A stretch of DNA of 64,000 nt, from assembly GCF_009914755.1 (NCBI RefSeq), contig NC_060927.1; one strand, 5' to 3'. The position numbers were made by a program, and so were the translations under genes. The notes under the pieces were generated by a model. The model saw only the letters and a list, made by a program, of their open reading frames with translations. It was not told where the DNA came from and searched no databases. The number at the start of each line of letters is the position of its first letter. Within the stretch, counting starts at the first letter, position 1. Below are positions 1 to 14,118 of the stretch, one piece after another. The DNA comes from the human T2T-CHM13v2.0 reference genome, Homo sapiens.

Positions 1-639
1 GTCATGAGGGTGGATCGCTCATGGTTTGGTGCTCTCATCACAATAGTGAATGCATGAGTTCTCACAAGAATTGGTGGTTTAAAGTGTGTGGCCCCTCCCC
101 TGCCTCTTTCTTGCTCCTGCTCTGGCCATGTGACATGCCTGTTCCCCTTCACCTTCCACCATGAGTAAAAGCTCCCTGGCCGGGCGCGGTGGCTCACTCC
201 TGTAATCCCAGCACTATGGGAGGCCGAGGCGGGCAGATCACGAGGTCAGGAGATCGAGACCATCCTGGCTAACACGGTGAAACCCTGTCTCTACTAAAAA
301 TACAAAAAATTAGCCGGCCATAGTGGCGGGCGCCTATAGTCCCAGCTACTCAGGAGGCTGAGGCAGGAGAATGGTGTGAACCCGGGAGGCGGAGCTTGCA
401 GAGAGCCGAGATTGCGCCACTGCACTCCAGCCCGGGTGACAGAGCAAGACTCCATCTCAATAAAAAACAAAACAAAACAAAACTAAAACGCTCCCTGAGG
501 CCTCCTCAGAAGCCAAGTAGATGCTGGCAGCATACTTCCTACACAGCCTGCAGAACTGTGAGCCAATTAAACCTCTTTTCTTTATAAATTACCTGGTCTC
601 AGGTATTTCTTTATACCAATGTAAGAAGAGCTTAATACA
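1..639 (+). mobile_element. MaLR LTR (MSTA/MSTB-like), 5' part outside window, interrupted by AluY
   Basis: Typical MST text (ccttcaccttccaccatgagtaaaagctccctgaggcctcc...cagaactgtgagccaattaaacctcttttc...taataca end); the sequence resumes after the Alu. Confidence 0.85.
178..483 (+). mobile_element. AluY SINE
   Basis: ggccgggcgcggtggctca start, AluY-type gatcacgaggtcaggagatcgagaccatcctggctaacacggtg, A-rich tail, TSD taaaa(c)gctccct on both sides. Confidence 0.95.
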
Positions 640-2029
640 CAGTCTCTGGCTGAAGTAGCAAGATAGAACCTTTCTTCTTTCTGATCAACTCAGCTGGAAA
701 AGCTAGAATTTTCCAGCTTCGGTGTGCCCTCAGCCATCTTGGACATGGAGATGGGCAGGTCCTTCCAGGAATGTGCACATAAGCTGATGCTGCTCTTCCT
801 TGAAAGGATACACAGATTTCTAAGTGTATCAGTGCTCTTTTCTGATTCTCAATTCTCAACTCATGACTTTCTCATCACTAGTTCCCAGGCACTTATCAAG
901 CCTAGAGAAGAAAAAGTCCTACTCTTTTGCTCTTCGACTGCCCTGGTAGACATGAACCTGGTTCACACTAGTCTCCATCTATCTACTGGTTCTTATGGTT
1001 TGATGCTCAATGGAGAAAATTGATGGGCAAATTCGAATTAGGAAAAGGGGCTAGCCAAAGTTATCAACAGACATCACCTCCAATAACTACTTTTCAGTTT
1101 CATAAACTAAGCCCCAGAAACACACAAGGCCATTCCCAGACTATTTATGGGACAGCTTTATGCCCATTTTTTCCCAATGGGACGTCATATTCCCAGACCA
1201 GGAAGGCCTTAATGTCTCAGAACCCGTCTATTCTGAGGAGGTGGATTGGAAAAAAAGGTTAGCCTTCTCGTATCATTATTCATTATTATTAATCACTACC
1301 CTGATTGTGGCAAATACATTTAATCTTATTTGTCAAATTCAATTCATTAATCTGTCTACAATAGCAACTGAGCACAAAGAAGGCTTCAAGAACTGTCCTA
1401 GGTGCTAGAGATACATTGGTGAACTGGAAACCATTACTGACTCCTGTCAGGAGCCCTGTATTAAAGAGCTTTTGAGATGTCTGAGCTGTCTCAGTAGAGT
1501 GCTATAGTTAATTAGTGGTATCTGGACAGAGAATTTGAATTTGAACTCTGTCTCTGGACAGAGAATTTGAACATAGCAGCATATGTGTCAAGAAACTTAA
1601 TTTTATATATTGGTTGGAGTAAAACATATCTGTGTATTTCACTTTGAGCTTTTATTTTTGTGGCTTGGTGAAGTTTTTCTGATTCTGGGAAATCTAACAA
1701 ATTTTGTATCAAATTTGGATCTACAAACCTTGTAGTTTCCTTCACAGTGATTGCTACACATTGTCTCATCTTCTCATTCCCACAACCATAAAAGTATTTC
1801 TCTAAATGATTTTAGACACTTTTTCTTAAGGATGACTTGGCAGAAGGTAAAAGGGACAAAATTTTATAGCTCTTTGGCAATACCAGTTGCTATAAGTATC
1901 ATTTTTAAATTGAGAAGGAGTAATTTTCTGTTCTTAAAGGAGAAAGCCACTCCTCTCTCATAAGAGTTTTGGGTCCTTATTGGTGTTGAACTGGAGAGTA
2001 TCTCCTTAAATTTTACACTCTGTGAACCT

Positions 2030-2770
2030 GTTGTGTCTAACCCTAATCCAACACCTGTCTAACTATCATTCCTTTATAAGTAACTGATCTTTTCTCACTG
2101 GCTGCATTAAAGATTCTCTCTTCTTCTTAGGTATTCTTTAGCTTCACTGTAATGTGTACAAACAGATTTGTTTTTATTTATTTTGTGAGAGATAATTTTT
2201 ATCTCTCATCAAAGCAGTAAATTCTCATATATTATCTCCTTAAATGTTGCTTTTTCCCATTAACTCAGTTTTTCCCCTCTGGGACTCTGATTTGATGTTT
2301 GTTACTTCATCTCTTTGCCGCTCTGCACTACATTCTGGGCAATTTTTCACATTTCTTTTCCATTTCATTAATTCTTTATTCAACTCTGTCTAACTGGCCT
2401 TTTAACACATTTGTTATTTTTCAAACTCAATGATTATATTTCTATTTTGGGAAGTTCTATATGTTTTCTTTTTTGAAACCTCCCTCCTTATTTCTTCTGG
2501 TTTTTTTTCTTTCATGGCTTTAGGTTAAATTTTCTCTTTTAGTTCTTTAAATATTTATGCAAGTTTAGTTTATATTTTCGTGCCTGTGATTAGAAAATCT
2601 GAAGTCTTTATGGTCTTATCTTGCTGTTTGTGATTGAGTGAAAAGTTTCTCACTCATGGTGCCTAGTTTCTTTCTGAGGGTCTTTTTTTAAATTGTGAGT
2701 TTGCATTTATTCAATTTTATATGGGGGAGTCATTTGAGGCTTGGGTTTAAGGTGTGCTCTTCTACACAGT
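2030..2770 (-). mobile_element. Old L1 (L1M/L1ME-type) fragment
   Basis: T-rich degraded sequence resembling antisense L1M; boundaries approximate. Confidence 0.5.
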
Positions 2771-4899
2771 GTCTCAGAGCATTACCAACCAGAGAGTACT
2801 TTCAATCAAATGCTTAGTTTGATTTTTTTTCTTTTTTTGGCTCACACGAATAGTGTAAATTTTGGTCCCACACCTATGAGAGGGCCAATTTATGGTTATA
2901 CATTCTCAAGGAAGATACTTTTTATTTAGAGTCAGGAAAATTTTCCTTTTTTTTTCCCCCCCTTTGTAGGGCAACTTCCTTATCCTCCCTTCTCCAATTT
3001 ATCTTTTCTCTGAGTGCCATTTCTTGGGAAACAACGATTTAGACAGGGATTTCTGATCTGACTTTCCAACATGTAATATTAAGTTTTGCCTTTGTTCCCA
3101 GGATCAGCCCCAAAAATTGAAGCTCTAATTTGTCTGGAATAGGCAGATATCCATGGTGGCCATTGGCTCATTTCTCACCTTTCGGGAATAATTGCTTTAT
3201 TACTTTTGGCCTTCAGTATTTTCCTTCTATTTTTGCTAGCTTAGCTATGGATTACATATATTTAAACATTTTATCCAGCATTTTCTGGTGCACAGGACAG
3301 ATTCTCAAAATATTTTGTTTCATTATATTACCAGAAACAGACATCTCCATCATGTTTATATCTATCTTCAGCTGTTCACATTTTACATCTATATGCAGTT
3401 GATTCATTTATTCATTTTTATGGATAGTCAGCTCTCTAAAACAGATTAAAGCCTCTAAAGGAATTAGGTTCCTCTCTGCATACACCTACACCCTCCTTTT
3501 CATTGCCCATCACTGAAATCTATTAATCCATTAATGAAAACAAATCTAAACAGAACATACCAATGACTTCCCTTAGAGGTATAATTGTTTGTAAAACATT
3601 CTATGCTTTAGGTGAAAACATAGATACATCTTTGTATCTAAAATCTTTTCTGTTTCCCAGATTTGCTTCCAGCCTAGTAGTGGTAAAGAGATCACATTTT
3701 TAGTAAATTAGAATAGCCAAAGACAGAATCTGAATGCTTAAGACATAATCATGTCATTTCAGCACACAATATATGTCTATTCAGCAGATAGTTGCTGAGC
3801 ACCACCAGGTGTTTCAGATACTATGGTAAGCACCAGGGATACCACAGCAAATGAGGCCAACTCAACCCCTGAGATGACACTAAGCATGTTGTGGTATGAA
3901 ATACTAACATAGGCATGAACAAATTTAGTCCACACCTGGGCCCTATCCTGCATACTTCCACCAAACTTAGCCCCTAAGGGCTCTCTCCTTTATTTTTCTT
4001 TTCCATTTCCTTCCCTAATATGCAACATGGATACCGAAAAATATGAGTAGAACCTTAGCTTTCTCCATTGCTGAAAGAGTAAATATACACAATAGCCAGC
4101 AAAACTCAGCAAATCTCCCAGTTTTTCCTTATTAAAAAGAAATAGCTTTCTTTTAAAGAAAGAGGAATTTTAAGTTATATTCATTAAAAATGGTTGTCTG
4201 ACACATTTTGTATTTTTTAGAAACTCTGTCTGTTTAATATAATGCAGTGTCCAATGTAAAAGAAGTGGTCCCTTATTAATGATTTATTCTTAGATAAATC
4301 ACAGATTTATGGCTCACTGGGATATATTTAATACTGTCAAAATATGAAAGGACACCCCAAACTATCTGCAGTGCCACAGCCACTCATTCTGAAAAGGATC
4401 TGAGGCAGCAGAGACCCCTGGGTGTTAAATGTAATCTTTGCCTGGGATAAAAGCATGGAGAATTGCTGATCTTTATAAAAAGATCTGTCTCTACCCAACG
4501 CCTTCCTCCTCTCTCTTCTACCACAGTGCAGTTCATCGTCAGAAAGCTCAGAATTGAATATTAAGGGGGAAAATGGGTTGTGTTTGTCGCATTTAAAAAA
4601 ATCTACAGCCAGACAGGACTCTTTTTTAGTGCCTGCTAGAGAAAAGTTCATCACTAAAACAAATATAGTCTCTTGATGGTAATGGATAAATTTGACAAGA
4701 GAAATAATTGAAAACCTATAGAAAAACAGGAAATATGTTTTCCCAATCTTACTGTTATCATCAACTGAATGAAATGTAGAACTGGCTGCCAAAAATAACT
4801 ACATAAAAAACTCATGTAGCACCAATTCCCAATTCTTAGAGTCAGAACTTACGTCTTTATTCTCACTCTGAGATTTCATCCACTTTTATCTATATGGAT

Positions 4900-5310
4900 T
4901 TGATGTTGATGACTTTTAGAGCTAAGCTTCTATCCTGACCTCCCACCTTCATGGAACATTCCCATTTTTAGGCCTGTTAATACTTTCCACTTGGATACTC
5001 AACAGTCACACCAAATTCAATGGGACTAAAACACAGCCTTACTCCTTTTCTTCATTTTCTTTCACACTGAATTTTTTTTCAGCTTTACCATTTCACTCAA
5101 GGGCACCAGAACTCTTCTGGTCTCCAAGTTGAAAAAATTTAAAGACATCTTTCACTTTAGTCTTTTTCTTCAACCCATATAACCAATTTATCCCAAAATC
5201 CCATTATTCCTTTTCTGAAATGCCTCTCAGATGTGCCCCTTACTCTCCATACCCATAGCCAGCACCCTGGCGCACGCTCAAACCACCTCAGGCCTCAGTT
5301 TGACTTCTCA
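4900..5310 (+). mobile_element. L2 LINE fragment
   Basis: tccacttggatactcaacagtcacaccaaattcaa...tcttcaacccatataaccaat resembles the L2 3' region; boundaries approximate. Confidence 0.55.
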
Positions 5311-8300
5311 GTGTAGATGATCCCTGGTTTCACCCATTCCTGTCTCTCTGCCTCTTTCAGTTCAACCTTCTGAGCTTAATTCCAAGCACCACACTAAAGA
5401 GCTTCTGCTGTCTTGCTCCAACATAACATCCTGCTTTCTCTGCAAACAGCTTTGTGTAATTCCCTGTATTCACCACAGCCATGCCCACTCTTGCCTTTTT
5501 GCCCATTTTGCTTTCCTTGCTGGGGATACCAGCCCTCCCGTTCCCCAGTATCTTTCTACCCCAATCCAGCTCATCCTTCCAATTCATGTATGTAAATTTA
5601 GTTAAAAATCAGTTTCATTTTCATGTACTTTAAAATGCAACAATTAATTGACAGAATGACTACATCCAGTTACTCTCTCTGCCTCCTACACCCCCAAACT
5701 ACTATATTTAAACATTGTAATAACATCATCCCTTCCTCGGGGGCTGGGAAGAGTCGTATTTTTATTTTAACAGAATTCTATATGAAAAGAGTTTTGTCTT
5801 CATTTCAAGATGACCCAGTCATTTCTATTACAAACATTTTCTCTACTATTATACTGGTGTCATATGTGACATAATAATCCTATTTTATAGTGTATAATGG
5901 TTGCAAATTTTCATAGACCCTACTATCAAGGGTGAGACAAATGCTGGCTTCCAACTTCTAGGCTTTGTCGAAGTACCATGGGCACTGTATTTGCAGGGTT
6001 AGGGGCCCTATCACTCTGAGTTTCCTGTGGTCCCTGCATGCTCCCTTCCCTGTGGATTTGGAGCACCAACTTCTGATTTCGTGGAGCCAGGACACTATAC
6101 TTGCTTTATGGTATGACAGAGGACACATTCTAAGTCACTCTTAGAATAACCTGTTTTCCAAAAAAGCATCCCCCGAATGCTTTTCTAAATCCCCCTGATG
6201 GACAACTGGCATGGACATTCCCTAGTACAGAGATATAAAGTGAATTCTGCTTTGGAGAAGCCTCTTGGCACAGATTCTTGTTCCAAGAGTCTCTGCTGTG
6301 TAGTCCTAGAATTTCAGCAGCATGTTCTGAAGGTCTGCAGAAAACTACCCAAGAAGTGCACAGAGAGGTTAATTTTGATTTGGTCTGCTGTAAATTATGA
6401 AAGATATAGTTTTGACAATTGTAATAGCTTCCTATGTTTGCTACAGTGTTTTATACACATTGGAAAAAAGAGAGAGAAAGGTGTTATATTTCTTTGAGCC
6501 TGTAATTTTATTTCAAACAAAAACTTTAACTAATAAATACATTTGGAATAACTGGTTGAATAAAGGTTATGCTAATTTTATGAGCATATAAAGTTTTATA
6601 CATATAAAACTTGTAATATACACCATTTATAAAGTAGCAATGTGACTTTAGTGCTATAAAAATGGCATAGAAATAATTGTTAATTATGTATTTCCACTTG
6701 AAATGAATAATTTTTAATCTTTTGACTTTTGGCCATAGAAGTTGTGGAAAATGTTTCTGAATGAAAGATGTCTTGGGTTAGGAGTGGAAGACAGATCATG
6801 ACTGGGAGACACAGGGCGGTGGTTGGAGTGAACATCACGCATAACCACAATTGGTCAAAGTCAGGACCAAGGTTTGAGAAAGCTGATTTTGTTCTGCCTC
6901 AACTGCCCACAACTTGACACAAAACCTATGCCCTTCACCACTATCTTCCACAAGACATGTAACCTCTACAAGAATACTGTGCTTTCAGTAATTCTGATGA
7001 AAATTCCCAGGACATGGTTACAAAACACATGGCATTTCCTTGGAAAAAAAATCCCATTGTATATCTGTTTACTGCAGGAGGCCTGGAGAAGGGTTCCTAT
7101 CCTCTTCTAATTTTCTCCTCCCACGCACACCTCAGCATATGGCCACAGCTGCCTCTGTCTCCTTCCTCCTGGATTTCTCTATTTCCATCTCATTTACTCT
7201 GAGCCCCTTCTCATGCAGAGCAATTTAACTCTGCCACAGCATCTCTGCCTCAGAACTTGCATCCTCCACTGTTTCAAGAGGTAAAAGAGAGAAACTCAAT
7301 GAGCAGCCTGACAGTACCAGTCTCAATTGGCTGGGGTGCAAGAAAGGGCAAAAGAACTCTCAGACCTAACATTACTTTGGAAGAGAATTCTCACACTCCT
7401 GGAAAGTAGCCCAGAAGCCTTTCTTACACGAATTTCCAACTAATAGTTGATTTAAAAGAGTATTCATATTTAAGGTGAGTAATGATGTAAAGAGAACTTA
7501 AATAGGAATTAAGTAGAAACGTACAAATGGTGAGGGAGGTTGTAAAGAAACAAAGCAACAGCAAAGAAAAGTAACTCAATAAAACTTTGCCACAGAGTAG
7601 GACAAAATGGTGACTAACATGTTATTATGGCAAGAATTAAAAGTTTTAAAGAGATAAGACCATAAAGAAATAGCAAAAAATGAACATGCAAGGGCTCACG
7701 GATGAAACTGAATGTGATTGTTGAACTTAGGAAGAAAGAGAAAGGCTAGAGAAGGACTATCAAGGCTGTGCTTGTGAAAACTTCACTCAGCAGAGCTGAA
7801 TGAGGCACGAGGACGGTGCCTGAAGCAGCCTCACCAAAAGAGGCAAACTTGAGGGCCCTAAAGCAAACAGGATGGAAGGAAAAGAGCATCAGAGCCAGGA
7901 GTGGCCAGAAAGGAGAGGTCATTGTTTTAGTATTTTAAAAAAATTTAAAATTGGAATCATGTACTCTTCAAATTAACATTAATATACAATGATTCATTTA
8001 TTTTAAAATATTTTATGCTGAGCAAGACTCTTCTACTGAAGGATTACACCATGTTTAAATGTCAAATCAAACAAAGAAACATTCATCTTAAAAGTTTTAT
8101 TCTACACTCATTTTCCTCAAAAAGTAAAATAATATGACAGTTAGCAAGAAAAAGCTTTTAATGTAAGAAAATTCTTATTTTAGTTCAAAGATTTTCAAAA
8201 TAAATGACATGTGATAGTATTGAGATTGCCTCAAGTAACTCTAGTCAAGAAACTTTAACTATATTGTATGAAACAAAACAACAAAAAATCCATAAATACT

Positions 8301-8965
8301 TTCTGGGAGACAACAACTTTAGCTTTTTGACTGATTAGAAACAACTGCAGCCAGAGTTTCACTACTGCTTACAATGTAGAAAGTTAGGACCGGTGTCACT
8401 CCTACCCTGTCAACTCAAAAAGACCAGACAAAGCACAGAATCGCAGTTGTATTTCAACCCAGCCAAGAGCTGAGATTTTAGGGCAAAAAGTAGTCAGAAA
8501 TCCAAATAAAAATGAGGCCGACCCAGGAGAGACAAGGTGTAACACCAGCTCACCTGTGCCAGAACATGGGAGGAAGACACACGAGGCCATAAAAGAAGAC
8601 AAAAATAATGCAGCTAAATTTTTTAATGAGTTGATAAAGGCCAAGTGTGAGCAAGTATGAGAGTACAGAATCCCTAAGAGCTGTGAATGCAAATGGACTT
8701 CATATTCATTCACAAAGTATTCTCCACAGACCACAACCAGGTCTTACAAAAAAAAGCTTGAGGAGGAGACAGAAGATGGGCAGGAAGTTCCCCAGGGAAA
8801 GGGAGGTGGCTGCTGCTGCAGGAACCCCTCTTACCCACCTTAAGGTAAAAACCCATTGTAGCTGGGAGGCCGAGAGGGATAAAAGAATAAATCCCTTTAC
8901 TCATGGGGAAGGAGCAGTAAGGAGTTCTGGCAACTATGCATAAAGCTGCTATAAACATCTGTGTA

Positions 8966-9350
8966 CGGTAGTCTCCCTGTATCCATGGAGATGCATTGCA
9001 AGACCACCAGTGGATGCCTAAAACTATGGATAGTACCAAACTCTATACACACTATATATTTTCCTATAAATACGTATCTATGATAAAGACTAATTTATAA
9101 ATTAGGCACAGTAAGAGATTAATAACAATAACTAATAATAAAAATAGAACAATATACTGTAACAAAAGTTATATGGGTATAGTCTCTATACATCTCTCCC
9201 TATCCCCCTTAAAATATTGTATTGTACTATACTCACCCTTCTTCTTCTTGTGACGATGTAAGATGACAGAATGCTTACGTGATAAGAAAAAGTGAGGTGA
9301 ATGACTTAGGCATTATGACATAGCATTAGAGTATTAGTCTACTATTTGTT
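8966..9350 (-). mobile_element. MER44/Tigger7-family DNA transposon, truncated (one TIR end)
   Basis: TA followed by degenerate TIR cggtagtctccctgtatcc; MER44-type text aatttataaattaggcacagtaagagattaataacaataactaataataaaaatagaac; second TIR absent. Confidence 0.8.
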
Positions 9351-9415
9351 GACAAATAGTAGCATTAGTCTATTATTTGTTGACAAATAGTAGCATTAGT
9401 CTATTATTTGTTGAC
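9333..9415. repeat. 31-bp tandem repeat, 2.7 copies, with internal palindrome
   Basis: attagtcta(c/t)tatttgttgacaaatagtagc at 9333 and 9364, partial copy at 9395. Confidence 0.95.
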
Positions 9416-9980
9416 TAGTGGTATCTTGTTGTGGTTTTATTTTGCATTTCCCTAATAAGTGTTGTCGAGTATATTTTCATGTCTTTATCTTCCATTTATA
9501 GTTCTTCTTTGGTGAAATAACTGTTTGTGTCTTTGCCCCATTTTTAAATTGGGTTGTTTGTTTACTTATTATTAGTTTGAAAGTGTTTAATATATATTAT
9601 GAATACAAGTTGTTTATGACATATCTGTTCTACAAATGTGTCTTCCTGGTCTGTGGTCTGTTTTTCATTTTCCTAAGTGTTTTTTGAAGAGCAAAAGTTT
9701 TAAAATTTTGATGAAGTACAATTTGTCATTTTTACTCTTTTATGGATTATGATTTTGTGAGTTTTTAAAGAAATTTTTGCCTAATTAATGTTCATTAAGA
9801 CTTTGTTATTTTTTAGAAGCTTTATAGCTTTCGGTTTTACATTTAATTCTATTATCCATTATATGTTAATTTTATAAATAGTGTGATCAACTTTCCTTTT
9901 TGCATATTGATATCCAACATTTTTAGCACCATTTGTTGAAAGGACTATCTTTTCTCCATTGAATTGCCCTTGCATCTTTG
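9416..9980 (-). mobile_element. L1M ORF2/3' fragment
   Basis: gtggtatcttgttgtggttttattttgcatttccctaata...tagcaccatttgttgaaaggactatctttt: antisense L1. Confidence 0.8.
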
Positions 9981-11499
9981 CCTGATGTTATTTCTACTCT
10001 TCCTGAGCATAGAACAAAAGAGAACTTCCAATTCTCAAATTCATTTTACAAAGTTATGATTGTAAAACCAACAAAAATAGCCCCAAAATATCCCACAGAA
10101 CAATTTTACATATGAACATTGATGCAAAAATTCTACATAGGATTATTCATTTGGGGCTATTTTAGAAATGCAATATTAGGATATCTAAAAATATAATTTA
10201 CTATATTAACAGCTCAAATAAGAAAAATCACCACCAGAATAAATCATTCCAACTGATTTTAAAGCACAGTAATGTATATGGGTCATTCCTTTTGGAATAT
10301 TGATAATTGTTAAAAAAATTTGCAAAATATTTTAGGCTTTTTAAACTAATCATATTCTGGAAAGTACTGCTAGTAATGTTACCCTCAGGCTACTCTGTGT
10401 TTAGTATGGTAATTATATTGGTGCAGATGTTTTGATGTAGAAGAAAGAAGGCAACAGTCAAAGTAAGATTAATGAAATTAAGTTAAAACTCTACAGTCTG
10501 ACTCTGTATTAGAAGACTCAGTATGAGTTCATGATGAATTTTATCTTTTAAGACATTTTCTGTCTGTGTCCACTGGAAAAAAATATATAAATAATGATAA
10601 AGCCAGGTGCAATAAGCACCTGTAGCACCCAGATTATGGTCTCTAAATACTTCAGGACTCCTTGAAGAAATGGTTGATTCAAATCTGGGGCAGAAAAAGA
10701 GTTTGGAACAACTTGACATATCAGAAAGTAAGGAAGTAAGGAAGTTATCAAATACTACTAAAGTTGTTTCTAAAGGACTTGGAGTCCAACTTGAATAAGC
10801 TCCCAGTAGCCCAACATAGAAAAACGTGTGCACCAATAAGGACAACAACTGCAATGAATTTAGAACACCTCATATATGTGTTCATCATGATGATGGGTTC
10901 ATAATAATAGTAAAAAAGCACGGGTCATCATTTGGGGCATCCTAGGGAGTCACTTCATATTTTACAAATTGCTCAATAAAGGGAAAGAGCCAAGCACCTC
11001 TCTTGTCTTTCTTTTACGAACTGTACCTCAGGGAACTCTAGTAGTTGTTGAGGAGAATTTTCTCTTTAGCTGACAACTCTAGCTAATAAAGAAATAAAAA
11101 CAGAACATTACCCTTTGGAATGGCTATGAATTAAGGGATCTAGAGAATAATTATCAGTGGTTGCTAAAGTCCCCAAAAGAGAAAAAAAATAACAAAACCA
11201 ATACTATGTACGTCCTGCTGGAATACCCAGCACAGCTTATGAAGTAATATTACCAAAATAAATTAAATCTAAATTTGTCCAGTCACTAAATTTAACTACC
11301 AATTTATAGCAAAACAAGGCTCAGGGGAGCACAGAGCACATTCATCAATACCATAGAAATGCAATCAACACAATACAAACTGCAGAAAACTCCACAGACT
11401 TGAGCACTTCAACAAAAACATCGCAAGGAAAAAAAGACATTCTAAGGTACCTTCGGAATTATCTAAGAAATATGTAATTAGTGGAAGGTTAAACATATT

Positions 11500-12480
11500 T
11501 TAAATAAAAATTTTTACCAACATGTAATATACATAAAGAAAAGTGCAAAAAGCCTAAGTATACATTTGATAAGTTTTTACAAAGCAAATATACCTGAGTC
11601 ACCAGCACGCAGATCACAGAAGAGAATATTCCCAGCACCAAGAAAGACCCCTGCATACCTGCTTCCAGTCACTAACCAGCCTTCCTCAAGGGTAACCACC
11701 ATCTTGACTTCTAACATTACAAATTAGATTCTACTATTTTTGAATTACATATAAACACAATCTTACACTGTGGTGCATTTTTTGTTTTGTTTTGTTTTTG
11801 TTGATTATCTGTTCTCTTTTGCTTGACACTAGGTTTCTGAGATTCACCCATGTTGTTGTGTATTGTGGTGTCATCCTTGTACAGTGTTCCATTGTGTGAC
11901 TATATAATATTTTATTCATCATGTTGATATGCATTCAGATTGTTTCTAGCATTTGGATAATGGATAGTGCTGCTTTAGATGTTCTTATACATGTCTAAAT
12001 GAATATATATGTACGTTTCTGTGGGGTTTATACCTAGGAATGGAAGTTGCTGGGTTATAGGGTATGTAAACATTTTTAGTAGTTATTTAACTAAACAGTT
12101 TTCAAAACATAGCTGTACCACATCTTTACCATCATTTTGTATAATCAATCTCTTATATTTTAGCTGTTCTGGTAAGTAAGTACAAAGCTATCACATTGTA
12201 GTTTTAATTTGCACTTCTTTAAGAGCTAGTGAAGTTGATCATCTTTTGTGTGTGTGTGTGTATGTGTGTGTGTGTGTGTGTGTATGTGTGTGTAGTGAAG
12301 TGCCTGTTTGGAGTTTGTACCCATTTCTCTACTGGGCTGTCAGCCTTTTATGATTCATTTGTAGAATTTTGTTTTATATTCTGCATAGGAGGAGTGCTTT
12401 GTCAACTACACACTGCAAATATCTTCTTCAACTTCATGGCTTGCTTTTTCACTATTTTAATTGGTATATTTTCATAGACA
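11500..12480 (-). mobile_element. L1ME-type 3' fragment containing a (TG)n tract
   Basis: Antisense L1M 3' UTR motifs (ggtaaccaccatcttgacttctaac, tgagattcacccatgttgttgtg, atacctaggaatggaagttgctggg). Confidence 0.75.
12247..12293. repeat. Interrupted (TG)n microsatellite
   Basis: Seen directly. Confidence 0.95.
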
Positions 12481-12869
12481 GCGAATTATATTTTAATGAA
12501 TTAAAATGCTTTGAAAATGGCAAGTTATGCATAATTACATGCATAACAACTGTACTCAAAAACTGAATTGCTAACCAAGTAAAGCACCAACTTGCAGGTA
12601 TATGGTTTACACAACTTATTTTCTACATATATGTACATAGGTTTGTTTTCATTGTTGTTATCTCCATATAATAAGGTCTCCTTGTAGCTAAGCCTTAAAA
12701 ATACAAAAAAAAAATCACTCAAATTCATTCAAACAATTCAATCACTGTTTATTTGATACCTACTATTTGCCAGGCACAAAAAACATCTCCATAATCATGG
12801 AGTTTATTTTCTATTTGGAAAAAACATACAATATGTACAAAAACAATTAGACACAAAAATATTAGATGA

Positions 12870-13930
12870 TGAAAAACATTGTCAAGAAAATGAGAAGCCA
12901 CATACTGGAAGAAAATATTTCTAAAATACTTACTGATAAAGGATTTTTAATAAAATTAAATGTTCTTATACAGAGAACTCAATACTTAAGAACAAGAAAA
13001 TTAACAATCTAACTAAAAAATGGGCAAAAAATCTGAACAGACTTCTTAACAAATAAGACACACTTTAGCAAATATAGATAAAGCATATGAAAAGGTATGC
13101 AACATCATACTTCATAAGGTAATTACAAATTAAAATGATATATCACTATATACCTATTGAATAGCCAAAATCCAGAACACTGACAACATCAAATGTTGGT
13201 GAAAATGTGGAGCAACAGGAACTCTCTTTCCTTGTTGGTGGGAAAGTGAAATGGTACAGCCACTCTAGAAGACAGTTCAGCAGTTTCTTACAAAACTAAA
13301 TATACTGTTACTGTACAATCCAGTAATTAGACTCTTGGGTATTTACCCAAATGAATTAAAAACTATGTCCACATAAAAACCTGCACACAGCTGTTTATAG
13401 CTGTTTTACTTATAATTCCCAAAACTTGGAAGCAACCAAGATGTCCTTTAATTAGTGGATGGATGGATAAACCGTGGTACATCCAAACAATGAAACGGTA
13501 TTGAATGCTAAAACAAAATTCACTATCAAGCCATAAAAAAGACATGGAGAAACTTTAAATGCATATTATTAGGTGAAAGAAGTCAGTCTGGAAAGTCTAC
13601 ATACTGTAAAATTCCAACTATATGACATTCTGGAAAAGGCAAAACTATGGAGGCAATAAAAAGTGTGTGGTTGACAGGAAGGAGTCTGTGGGGAGGAAGA
13701 GATGAATAGTTAGAGCACAGAGGATTTTTAGGGCATTGAAACTATTTCGTCTGTTTCTAAAATTGTGGACACATAATATTATACATTTGTCAAAACTCAT
13801 AGAATATACAAAACTAAGAGTAAACCCTAATATGAACTATGGACTTTGGGTGCTAATGATGTTTCAATGTTGGCTCATTGATTGTAACAAGTGTACCACT
13901 CTACTGAGGGATGTTGATGGCAGGGGAGGC
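12870..13930 (+). mobile_element. L1MB/L1MC-type 3' end (ORF2 end plus 3' UTR)
   Basis: aaaaatgggcaaaaaatctgaacagac, ggaagcaaccaagatgtcc, gtaaaccctaatatgaactatggactttgggtg. Confidence 0.85.
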
Positions 13931-13938
13931 TGTGTGTA

Positions 13939-13999
<61 letters not shown>

Positions 14000-14005
14000 G
14001 TGTGT
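13931..14005. repeat. (TG)n microsatellite
   Basis: Long, near-perfect TG run. Confidence 0.95.
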
Positions 14006-14013
14006 AAATTTAA

Positions 14014-14118
14014 TGTCTTAGTCAGTTCAGGCTACCATAACAAAAATACCATAGACTGAATGGCTTAAACAATAGGAATGTATTTATCACAGTTCTGAAG
14101 GCTGGAAAGTTCAAGATC
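14014..14118 (-). mobile_element. MLT1-type MaLR LTR terminal fragment
   Basis: tgtcttagtcagttcaggctaccataacaaaaataccatagactgaatggcttaaacaatagg...cacagttctgaaggctgg; cut off by an L1PA piece. Confidence 0.8.

Noticed and set aside
692-718. Perfect 10-bp inverted repeat agctggaaaa/ttttccagct
   Set aside because: Short stem with no supporting context.
4337-4792. 151-aa minus-strand ORF in unique sequence
   Set aside because: Non-ATG start, no recognisable domain or exon context; length is compatible with chance.
9333-9415. CRISPR-like appearance (31-bp palindromic repeat)
   Set aside because: Units are directly adjacent with no spacers, there are no cas genes, and the context is a primate transposon.
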